Below the pieces are notes generated by a model. It had not been told where the DNA came from and ran no database searches. It saw only the letters and a program-made list of their open reading frames with translations. Below are positions 10,609 through 21,249 of a stretch of 64,000 nucleotides of DNA, piece by piece (positions within the stretch are counted from its first letter, which is position 1; the number at the start of each line of letters is the position of its first letter). Made by a program: the position numbers and the translations under genes. Location of the stretch: positions 43,400,001 to 43,464,000 of the forward strand of contig CM059428.1 in assembly GCA_030390025.1 (NCBI GenBank), in the 5' to 3' direction. The stretch is from Squalus acanthias (Eukaryota).

Positions 10609-12167
10609 GATATGTCTTTCAACAAACTGTCCATGGGTGCATCGTACCTGTTTCAGCAGGGGGGGATATTCATTGCTGTGACTTAATGGTATAACAGCTC
10701 TTCACAGTGCTGGAGCAATTGAGCTGACGAAAAACACTTGGAAAGTTCAATTTGTGGGAGGGGGCGATCAGAGAATTGGGGCTACAGTGCAGTATCTCTC
10801 CTCCCCCAACTTCTGATCCCTTTCAGTGTGGCTTTCCTGCCCGGAGCACAGAATTTGGCATTTCTACAAGGCAAAAGGCATTTTGTTTTTTTGCCAATGC
10901 CACCTTAACAAATGTTGCTTCTTTCAGGATGCTTTTTAATGCTCTTTCTTTTCCCTTATGATAATTCACTCATACAGTATAGAATGGGGAAAATAAAAAT
11001 GCATTTCCAGAACAGGAGGGCAGGAAGGGGACCTGTTCCCAGGCACCTCGACCTATGCTGCTCTTGAATTGGTTTGAGAGTGTCTGTTTTATCACACCTC
11101 AGTATTTATCAGTTCTTCTGTTTGTTTTCACAACAGGTAAGCATTATTTTTTATATAAATTAATGAACTTGAAGAATTTAATAACTTTTTCTCCATATTT
11201 GCTCCATCTTGCAGTTGTCAGTGGTGGATCTATAAGCTTCTGAAGGGAGAAGAAATTAGTGAAGGTGCAAAATTTATTTTCTGTGGCAGGGTGACTCGCA
11301 TTTTTGTCACTTTTTTCACACCAGGGATTTTTCCAGCTCTCGTGTTATACAGAAATAATATATATTTATAAATGAGATTTAGCTATGTTGTTTTACATAG
11401 AGACCAGAAACAATTTTAAAAAGTAAGTGGAGACTCCTGATGTGTGGTTGGTACGTGGGATGCACTCTCCATTTATTTAGCTCATGGATAAAGCTTGAAT
11501 GAGAGCACAAGCAGTTGGTATGAATAATTGGAGATTCTGATTGTAAAATTATAGTTTGGGTAGAAAATTGAAATATCTGGAATTCTTCCAGACACAGCCT
11601 ACTACCTGTACTTCTGGATGTGATGCAATTTCCCTGTGAATTAAAAAATAAAGCCTGCAATGAGTTTGTCTTGGATCCGTGAATGAGTAGAAACACACAA
11701 ATCCACTACTGCAGTTGATAGCACCATAACACTCATACAAAGGATAATTCAAAGTCATTTCTACACTACCCCCCTTGTGATTCTTTTTGTGACTATCTAG
11801 GGAACAGTGATGTAGATGTAAATAGATTTTTAATAGTGAAATTTAAGCAGCGATTGTTCGTAAAACTTCTATTTTGAGACAAGTCTGGGGATGGAAAGAC
11901 TAAGATTGAAGATGTTGTACTTTTTAGTAGTAAGCATTCACACTATCGTTTATCCCCTCATTACTTCCACTTACCTGGATGAGTGCAGCTCCAACAACAC
12001 TCAAGAAGCGTGACACCCTCCAGGTCAGAGCAGCCCACTTGATTGGCACCCCATCCACCACCTTACACATTCACTCCACCACTGGCATACCGTGGCTGCA
12101 GTGTGTACCATCTACAAGATGCACTGCAGCAACTGGCCAAGGCTTCTTCAGCAGCACCTCCCAAACT

Positions 12168-13140
12168 CAATATATATTAATGATCTAGACGAGGGAACTA
12201 GATGTAATATCTCCAAGTTTGCAGACGACACAAAGCTGGGTGGGCGTGTGTGCTGTGAGGAGGATGTAGAGAAACTCCAGGATGATTTGGACAGGTTGGG
12301 TGATTGGGCAGATGCAGTATAATGTGGATAAATGCGAGGTTATCCACTTTTGGTGGTATAAACAGGAAGGCAGATTATTATCTGAACGGCAACAGATTGG
12401 GAAAAGGGGAAATGCAACAAGACCTGGGTGTCCTTGTGCACCAGTCGCTGAAGGTAAGCATGCAGGTGCAGCAGGCGGTTAAGAAGGCAAATGGTATGTT
12501 GGCCTTCATAGCGAGAGGATTCAAGTACAGGAGCAAGGATGTCTTGCTGCAGTTGTACAGGGCCTTGGTGAGACCACACCTTGAGTATTGTGTGCAGATT
12601 TGGTCGCCTTATCTGAGGAAGGATGTTCTTGCCATGGTGGGAGTGCAGCGAAGATTCACCAAACTGATACCTGGGATGGCAGGAATGACGTATGAAGAGA
12701 GGTTGGGTCGATTAGGCATATATTTGCTAGAGTTTAGAAGAATGAGAGGGGATCTCATTGAAACTTATAAAATTCTAACAGGACTAGACAGACTAGATGC
12801 AGGTAGGATGTTCCCGATGGCGGGGGAGTCCAGAACCAGGGGTCAAAGTCTAAGGATAAGGGGTAAGTCATTTCGGACTGCGATGAGGAGGAATTTCTTC
12901 ACCCAGAGAGTGGTGAACCTGTGGAATTCTCTACCACAGAAGGCAGTTGAGGTCAATTCATTAAATATATTCAAGAAGGAGTTAGATATATTTCTTAAGG
13001 CTAAGGGGATCAAGGGATATGGGGAGAAAGCAGGGACAGGGTACTGAATTTGGATGATCAGCCATGATCGCATTGAATGGTGGAGCAGGCTCGAGGGGCA
13101 GAATGGCCTACTCCTGCTCCTATCTTCTATGTTTCTATGA
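12168..13140 (+). mobile_element. CR1 LINE 3' fragment inserted in an older LINE fragment (11960-13470)
   Basis: [27 protein letters not shown], and a tctatgtttctatg tail. Near-identical to 24417-25397. Confidence 0.9.
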
Positions 13141-15390
13141 CCTCTTCCAACTCCTATCTTCTATGTTTCTATGACCTCTTCCAACTAGAAGGACAAGGGC
13201 AGCAGGCGCATGGGAACACCACCACCTCCAAGTTCCCCGCCAAGTCACACAGCATCCTGACTTGGAAATATATCGGCCGTTCCTGCATCGTCGCTGGGTC
13301 AAAACCCTGGAACTCCCTCCCTAACAGCACTGTGGGAGTACTTTCACCACACAGACTGCAGCGGTTCAAGCAGACGGCTCACCACCAGCTTCTCCAGGGC
13401 AATTAGGGATGGGCAATAAATGCTGGCCTTGCCCGTGATGCCCACATCTCATGAATGAATAAAAAACAAAATGCCAGTGATGCAGCTTGATTTCTCTCCC
13501 TCCATGTGGGGAAGTGTCTCGTGGTGGGTTTTAAACTCCAGATAACTAGTTAGAGTTGGAAAACACTGAAATTAATCTTGGTTTCAACGCAATGCCAGGA
13601 GAAGGAGGAGTTTGTATGCCAGCGAATTTGCAGTTAATGAGGAACAAGAGAGGTGAGTTCAAGGAAGTGCTGAGCAGAGCAGTATTGATAAAATAGAAGC
13701 GAGAAAGACTGCAGTAAAAAGAAAGGTTGGACACTATAGGTGAGAGGCAGTTACAATTTTGTTGGATGTGAGATAGTTAATTTGCATATTAATACCTTTG
13801 TCTACATGCATGTGTATATATAAAATCATAATTAGATTACAGGCCAAAGTAACTAACTTAGAAGAGGGTAGATGGGGAAAATAATGGCTAGCTTGACTGA
13901 AGAAGAAACATTCTATCACGATATACACATAGCTAAACAATAGTGTCTTGAAAGGGTAGTGTAGGATCACGAGGTTATAATGGTTTGAGAATTACAAGAC
14001 ACAGATGAATGTGGGGTTAGGGATCTGCTGAACCATAGAAATCAGACAGAGAAGGGGCCTACATGCAGAACCAAAGTTCTTGAAATAGCTTATCTGCTGT
14101 GGAAATTTATAAAAAGGAAGGACTGGGTCAGGTCAGGTGACATGAGAGACCCTATGGAGAGGGAAAGGAACATTGAGTGAAGGGTCCAAGGGAATGTCGT
14201 AGATTTGAATTGAAAGTCATGGTATAAGAAGGGGACCCCAGCAAAGGTTAAGGGTAGAAGATTTGAGTCAAATTTGGGGAGACACTTGGAGGTGGATACG
14301 GGCCTGGGCACAAGCCAGTGGGTGCAGACAACTCTTACTGTGACTTTTACCCAAGGCATAACTGGGTAGTATAACTATTCATTATACCTTGTAACAACAT
14401 GAGCAGAGCGCATTGAGTCCCAGCACTGCAAACTACATGAGGGGTATTTGTATGTCTTCAATGGGCCTTCTGCTTGTGAGCATTTAGACCTATATCACTT
14501 ACTTGTAGTCTAAGTGCCCGGCAAATATCAACAAACATCTGTCATTGTGTCACTGACTCATGGGTCCTTGAATCTGTTAAATACGGTTTATACAGCAACT
14601 CCCATTGTACCATCCAATTGTTTTAAGCGATTCTAGGAGATTTTACCTCCACTTTCTCTGGAAGTTTATTCCACATGTTGATCACAATGAAGATGAGTTT
14701 CCTGATACCTGTCCTAAAACTACCTTTTACTAGGCTGAACCTGTGTCCTCTAGATCTACTTCGGCAACTTAATTTAAAGTCACATTCTGGGTTAACTTTT
14801 TCTATACTTGTAGCAATATCTATATGCCTCTGAGATCATCTTTCAGCTGCCTCTTTCTAGGTGGGGAAAAAACCCAGGGGTAAAAATTCACTTGGTTGCG
14901 CCTCCCGTTAGCGCCTTAAGAGGGCGCTAATGGGGCGTTAAGCCGCTAACGCCCGGGCGCAGCGCTGTTTGCGCCGCTCGGGAACTTAACTTGAGATTCT
15001 GCGGCGGCGCTAAAACTTACCGCTGCGACCACCTGCGCGCGCAGATTGTGACGTCATTCCATGGTGCAACGCCCTTGGGGCGCCCCGGAGCAGAAATTGA
15101 GTGGCGCCCCCTGCCTTACCGCCTGGCGCTTCCAACGACCGGAAGACTGGAACGTTATCAATCGGTGTGGGGCTGGGGGGGGCGCTATTTAAAGGGGGCC
15201 TCTTCCTGTCTTTTTCTGTGGTCGACATTTATGCACCACTCGTTCTGAGAGAGAGAGAGAGAGATTCGGAGAGAGAGAGAGAGAGACTTCTACATTGACT
15301 CAACGCTTTGTGAGGTAGTTTTGCCTAGTTCATCCTAACTTTGTTGCTACTTTAGTTGCTGTACCTCATTACTTTTCTGGCAAAGAGAAT

Positions 15391-16551
15391 ATGGGGGCTG
15401 CAATGATTGGGGGCGTCGTCCTGCTCCAGCTGAATCGGAGGATAGTGAGACGCAGACAGAGAGTGGCAATGATGGCCAGACGGAGGAGGGCCATCAGGCG
15501 CATGTACAGGAGAGCTTACCCTCCCAGGGTATATCGTGAACAGCTCTCCTACATCCATATGTCCGAGGAGCTGTGTTTGCGAAGGCTGCGATTCAGCAAG
15601 GAGGTGGTCACTGAGCTCTGCCACCTGCTGCAGCCAGATCTGCAGCCTCAGCTGAGGTCCAGGACGTCTCTGTCGGTGGCAGTGAAGGTCACAGTGGCTT
15701 TGAACTTCTACGCCACTGGCTCATTCCAAGCTGCTGTTGGGGACCTCGCCAATATCTCCCAGTTTGCGGTGCATCGCTGCATCCGGCAGGTCACCAATGC
15801 CCTCTTCAGAAGGAGACGAGACTTCATCTCTTTCCCTATGACCCCAGACAAGCAGCGTGACCGTGCTCTGGGCTTTGCGAGGGTAGCGGGCTTCCCCATG
15901 GTGCAGGGCGCCATTGACTGCACGCATGTGGCTTTGCGTGCTCCGCGAGAGAATGCAGAGGAATTCAGGAACAGAAAGGGGTTCCATTCCTTGAATGTGC
16001 AGTTGGTCTGTGACCACAGACAGGTGATACTCGCTGTCAATGCCCACTATCCGGGCAGCTGCCACGATGCTTTCATCCTGCGCCAGACTACTGTGGCAGA
16101 AGTTTTCGAGGCACCGCATCAGCCAGTTGGTTGGCTTCTGGGGGACAAGGGGTACGCATTGAGCACCTGGCTGATGACACCGCTCCGTACGCCAAACACC
16201 CCTGCTGAGCTGCGGTACAATGAAAGCCATCAAGCAACCAGGAACATTATTGAGCGCACAATCGGCGTGCTGAAACAACGGTTCCGCTGTCTGGACCATT
16301 CCGGAGGAGCCCTGCAGTACTCGCCTGAGCAAGTTTCGAACTTCGTAGTCGTGTGCTGCATGTTGCACAACATGGCAATCCTCAGGACCCAGCCAATGCC
16401 ACCAGGCCTTGTAGCACCACCAGAGGAGGAGGAGGAAGAGGAGGAAGAGGACAAGGACGATGATCATCAGCAGCACCAAGGCAGGAGGGCGGCCCACAAT
16501 GGTCAAACTGCAAGGGCCGTCCGTCAACGACTAATAGCAAGCCGCTTCTAG
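15391..16551 (+). CDS. Harbinger transposase (HARBI1-like DDE_Tnp_4), intact, 386 aa
   Basis: GAIDCTHV, NRKGFHSLNVQLVCD, GSCHDAFIL, WLLGDKGY, RNIIERTIGVLKQRFRCL, CCMLHN; N-terminal HTH (ISQFAVHRCIRQV). Confidence 0.95.
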   Translation: MGAAMIGGVVLLQLNRRIVRRRQRVAMMARRRRAIRRMYRRAYPPRVYREQLSYIHMSEELCLRRLRFSKEVVTELCHLLQPDLQPQLRSRTSLSVAVKVTVALNFYATGSFQAAVGDLANISQFAVHRCIRQVTNALFRRRRDFISFPMTPDKQRDRALGFARVAGFPMVQGAIDCTHVALRAPRENAEEFRNRKGFHSLNVQLVCDHRQVILAVNAHYPGSCHDAFILRQTTVAEVFEAPHQPVGWLLGDKGYALSTWLMTPLRTPNTPAELRYNESHQATRNIIERTIGVLKQRFRCLDHSGGALQYSPEQVSNFVVVCCMLHNMAILRTQPMPPGLVAPPEEEEEEEEEDKDDDHQQHQGRRAAHNGQTARAVRQRLIASRF

Positions 16552-16845
16552 GGCCCCTGCCATTGCTACAAACACTAATCAACCCAGCACGCAACCCCTA
16601 AGCCGGCCAAGGCACCAATAATTCCAACCACCAGCCATGTATATTTTGAATACAGAAACTTATTTATTTTACAAACTCTGTGTGTGTCAATTCCTCATGA
16701 CAAACTCATAGAAATAAACACAAAAAAACAGTCAATAACATAACTGGTTCTCACAACCTGGAGATAATGTCCAAAACACTAAACAAAAGTTGGACCATGA
16801 ACCTCGGCCTTTAATAAAAAAATGACCAGCATTTTGGCACACCTC

Positions 16846-18776
16846 CTACTTTTTGCCCTTCGAGGGTGATCTCCTTCCCTTGCGCACTTCCCCCCTTCTA
16901 ACCCTACTGCTCCTCCGTAATGGGACCTCAGTGGCTGCAGCAAGGCTGGTGGAAGGCTGCTGCTCGTCAGACCCTGACACTGCAGATGCCCCTGAAGGAC
17001 GGCCTCGACCACTTCTGGGCCTGGAGGGCCCGGCTGCAGACTGCACCAACTCTGCATGGGCGGCAGCAGTCTGTCCTACAGGCGGTGGCAAGTGCAGTGG
17101 AGAAGTGACAGTGTTGGCAGCAGGAATGCTGTCATCGTGAGAGAGGACAGCAACTCCCTGCTCGCCCGACACACTGGCACTCCCACGGGGCAGCACTTCA
17201 GCATCCGGAGCAATTTGCCGGAGAGCAGATTGCTGGCCTGCTGCGGCGCGGTGACAGCCCCGGGGACATGTGCACGAACCATCGAGGATGGCAGCAGTCA
17301 GTGCTCGCGTGGCCTCAATCTGAGTCTGCATGAGAGCAGTCTCAGATGGGTTCCTGGCAGCCAGTGACTGAATTGCAGCACTAAGCTTTAGTGTGGCATC
17401 CGCCTGTGCTACAGCGAAGTGCTCCACACTCCTTGCCAGTGATTCAATGCATTCGGGCACCCTTCCCACTGCACCCATGAGCTCAGTGTGCATGCCCACC
17501 GCCTGGCTGTTCATTTCTGCAATCAGCCGCTCCTCCTCTGCGTCCATTGCAGTAGGAGTGTCTGGCATACTCTCCCTCTGGGGAGAAGGCCCCCGTTCTT
17601 CCCTACCCCCCCCATGGCGTTGCTGCAGCCCGCTGGGTCCTGGAGCTTCACCATCATCAGCCCCTTCCCCCCTGCTCCCCTCCGGGGAAGGCGTGTTCCC
17701 AGTGTGGGCATGGGCTTCCTCGGGAGAGGGTGGCACTGATGCTCCGGCTTCCTCTTCCTCCTCAGCTGCAGCATCACTCCCAGTGGCAGCTTCAGGGCCC
17801 GTCTCCTCAGCTGGTGAATCACCATCTGAAAGCAGGGAGGTACAAGAGTGGCTTTAGCGTGAGGACAGGGTGGCAGTAAGGGAGGAATAAGTGCAGCGAG
17901 TTAGCAAGTTGGATTGAAAGTGTCAAAGGCTGGTATTGTGAGGGACAAGTGGAAGGACAGAGGACAAAAAGGTGATGACCTTACCATTGCTGTCCACAAC
18001 GGGGTCGGCGTCTCCAGTGGCGACGGGACCGATCACCCGGCTTGCCACAATCCTGTGGACGCGCTCCTCCAGATCGCTGAGGGGTTGCAGCTGAAGCCGC
18101 CCTCCACCCGTCCGTTGCTGCTGTCTCCGATTATGAGCCAGCTTAGCCTGCAAGAAAAAGGACAGCATCTGAGTAAATATACAGCCATGGTCTTGCCTGA
18201 TGTGCCTCCCATAGGTGAATAGCCCTTACTATATGCAGCCATGGTCTTGCCTGATGTGCCTCCCATAGGTGAATAGCCCTTACTGTATGCAGCCATGGTC
18301 TTGCCTGATGTGCCTCCCATAGGTGAATAGCCCTTACTGTAGGCAGCCATGGTCTTGCCTGATGTGCCTCCCATAGGTGAATAGCCCTTACTGTATGCAA
18401 AGTGTGGAATGTGTGTGTGTGTTTGATGAAAGGGCCATAGGTGTTGGATGAGTGTTGTGCATTGGGGTTTTAAGACCCTCTGGCCATAGAGTGAGGTTGA
18501 GATGGAGGGATGGAGAGGTATTGAGAAAAAGCCACTCACCCTGACGACCCGAGTGAGGTCGTTGAACTTTTTGCGGCATTGAACATGGGTCCTGGGCACC
18601 ATGCTCCTGGAGGAGACACTCTGAGCCACCTCCCTCCACACTCTTCTGAACTCGCGTGGCAAAGGCCTCCTGCCACTCTCCGGGAACAGCATGCATCGTC
18701 TGCGCTCCACTGCGTCAACCAGAGCATCCAAGGCCCGCTCGGTGAAGCGATGAGCGCGTTCTCTCACCCTCTCCAT
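16846..18776 (-). CDS. Harbinger Myb/SANT-like DNA-binding protein (NAIF1/MSANTD-like), 3 exons: 18776-18540, 18147-17985, 17825-16846; 459 aa
   Basis: RFTERALDALVDAV...W..VA..V....RTHVQCRKKFNDL|AKLAHNRRQQQRTGGG. Both introns are GT-AG with matching phases (0 and 1). Basic C-terminal NLS-like tail. Confidence 0.88.
18182..18397. repeat. 54-bp minisatellite, 4 copies, in intron 1 of the Myb gene
   Basis: Unit cagccatggtcttgcctgatgtgcctcccataggtgaatagcccttactgtatg starts at 18182, 18236, 18290 and 18344. Confidence 0.97.
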
Positions 18777-19881
18777 GCTTGGCAGCAAAATGGATTACAG
18801 GTCTCTCCAGGCTGAGATTCAAGGCTGCAATGAGCAGGGTGTGGCTGGGGAGCAAGTGGCCCCCCCCGCTTTAAGAAGTGTCCGGCGCCATTGTGTCTGT
18901 GTTCCCTCGTTAACTGGCAGCAGTTGCGCTGCGCTCGTGCGCTGAGTTAGCGCCTCACTCCTTGGCCTTTGCGCCTTAAGAGAGGTGTGCAGCGCCTAAT
19001 TTAGCGCTCCACTCACCTCCCGGGGCGGTAAAAGTGAAGTTTCCTGTCAGTGCCGATAATTAGAGCCAGGCGCTAATATTTGCGTCCGGACGATATTTGC
19101 GCCCCAAATGGGGCGCGACCTAATTTCTACCCCCCAGTCTTTCCCCTCAGTTCAGAGCCCTGACACCTGAGAATCAGTCTTGTGGCTCTTCTCTGCACCA
19201 CCTTCAGCATTTGGCTGTCTCTTGCTTCTGGGTGACCAGAATGGGATGCAGTATTCAAGGTTTGGGTGAACAAAGGCACGATAAATTTTGATCGCTCCTC
19301 CCTCTTCATTATATTCTACCATTTTTGGGCTGTATAATTCAACATTGGGTCAGCTTTGCTGCTAACCGCTCTGCCTTGGTTGGCCATATTTATCGTAGAG
19401 TCTAGCAAGACTCCATGTTCTCTTTCAGTTTCATTCTTAGCAATTTCAACACCATTCATGCAGTATACATGTTGTCTATCTTTCCTTCCTGTGTGTAGCA
19501 TTTGTCTGCATTATGTTTCTTCTGCCATTGTTCTGCCCACTTGCATATGTTGTCCATCTCACCCTGTAATTTCTAAGCTGCCTCTTCCAAATCCACTGCT
19601 TCTCCTAGTTTGGTATCACCCATAAATCTGACCACTTTGCATCGAGTTTCTGAATCCAGGTCATTTACGTAAATTGGAAATAATAGTGCTCCTAGCACCA
19701 ACCCTGAGGCACCCGACACAGTACTCCCCTCCAATCTGACCCAGCTCCTCTGATGAACAATTACTGTTTCCTATCCTTCAGCCAGTTACTTCTCCATTCC
19801 CAAAGTTTACCCTGAACCCCCTCAGCCTTGAGTTTAATGATCAAAAGCCTTTTGAGGTGTCGGCAGGGCTTAACACAGTTC

Positions 19882-21000
19882 AATAGCAAAATACTGTGGA
19901 TGCTGGAAATCTGAAATAACAACAGAAAATGCTGGAAACACTCAGCAGGTCAGGCAGCATCGAGGAGAGAGAAACGGAGTTAACGTTTCAGGCCGAGGAC
20001 CCTTCGTCAGAACTGGAAAAGGTTACAGACGTAACAGATTTTTAAGCAGGGACAGGGAAAGGGAGGAGGGGAGGAAAGAACAAAGGGAGGGACTGTGATA
20101 GGCTGGAAGGCAGGAGAGATTGACTGACAAAAGGGATGATGGTGCAAGGCAAAAGGAGAAGGTAATGGGACAAGTTAAGAAACAAAAGATGACTAGATGA
20201 GATGTAAATGGCAATGGTAGAATCATCAACAGCTACCATGTGAGAAAAATTGGAAAAAAATATATAGGGGTTGACGTTATAGTCTGAAATTGTTGAACTC
20301 GATGTTATGTCCAGAAGGCTGTAAAGTGCTTAATCGAAAGATGAGGTGCTGTTCCTCGAGCTTACGTTGAGCGAAGGGGAAGGGATGTTGGGGGTGATAG
20401 AGGAGTGGACCAGGGTGTTGTGGAGGGAGTGGTCCCTTCAGAATGCTGAAAGGGGAGGGGAGGGGAAGATGTGTTTGGTGGTGGGATCACACTGAAGGTG
20501 GCAGAAATGACGCAGGATGATCCGTTGAATGTGGAGGCTGGTGGGGTGAAAGGTGAAGACAAGGGGAACCCCATCGTGGTTCTGGGAGGGAGGGGAAGGG
20601 GTGAGAGCAGAAGTGCGGGAAATGGAACGGACACGGTCAAGGGCCATGACAACCACGGTAGAGGTAAATCCTCAGTTGAGGAAAAAGGAAGACATATCGG
20701 AAGCACTAGTATGGAAGGTGGCATCGTCAGAACGATGACTGTATTGGTGCCGTTTCCTGCTCTCACCCTGAACTGGAAAATTTCATTCACTTGGCTTCCA
20801 ATTTCCACCCTTCCCTCACCTTCACATGGTCCATCTACGGCTCTTCCCTTCCCTTCCTCGACTTCTCTGTCTCCATTTCTGGGGATAGGCTATTGACCAA
20901 CATCCACTATAAACCCATATACTCTCCCCGCTTCCTGTAAGGATTCTATTCCATTCTCCCAGTTTCTCCATCTTCGCCGCATCTGTTCTGACAATGCCAC
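19882..21000 (-). mobile_element. Penelope-like retroelement fragment with an inverted 5' part
   Basis: The - strand encodes PLVFTFHPTSLHIQRIILRHF..DPTTKHIFPSPPLSAF. From ~20735 the + strand encodes DDCIGAVSC..LENFIHLASNFHPSLTFTWSI (RT). The terminal repeat starts aatagcaaaatactg. Confidence 0.8.
19978..20014 (-). ncRNA. Minimal type I hammerhead ribozyme of a Penelope-like element
   Basis: - strand: AGUU CUGACGA AGGGUC CUC GGCCU GAAA CG UU AACU. Intact core, stem I AGUU/AACU, stem II, palindromic ACGU stem III. Confidence 0.7.
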
Positions 21001-21164
21001 TCTATCTCGGCCCCCTTCCCTATGTCTGCCAGCAAGAGAATGTGCAGCAAAGGAAAGAGAAAGAGAGCGAGAAAGAGAGAGTGAGTGCAGGAGCAAGCAG
21101 CAGAAAGGTTGGTGATTGAAGGCAGTGTGAATGTGCAGAGCTGAGAGCAGCCTCTACTGGCAAG

Positions 21165-21249
21165 AAAAGCCTACTGCACCTGGTATTCCCAGGAGGTCTC
21201 CCAAGTAGGTATTAACCCAGGCTTGCCTCTGCTTAGCATCTGAGTTTAG
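21165..21249 (-). pseudogene. 5S rRNA-derived fragment (3' ~85 nt plus T-run terminator)
   Basis: aaaagcctactgcacctggtattcccaggaggtctccc...tgcttagcatctgag is the reverse complement of the 3' part of vertebrate 5S rRNA, with substitutions. Confidence 0.8.

Larger units (their letters stand above)
14877..19133 (+). mobile_element. Full-length PIF/Harbinger DNA transposon, copy A (apparently autonomous)
   Basis: TIRs GGGGTAAAAATT / AATTTCTACCCC, 3-bp TSD CCA (14874-14876, 19134-19136), convergent transposase and Myb/SANT genes. Confidence 0.95.

Noticed and set aside
15721-16527. 268-aa antisense ORF (also 51707..52513)
   Set aside because: Shadow of the GC-rich transposase frame, with no recognisable domain.
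15391-16551. Domesticated host HARBI1 gene
   Set aside because: It is flanked by TIRs and a TSD, is multicopy, and is paired with a Myb ORF, so it is a transposon copy.
18182-18397. CRISPR-like array
   Set aside because: The units are contiguous and near-identical with no unique spacers; the context is vertebrate and there are no cas genes.
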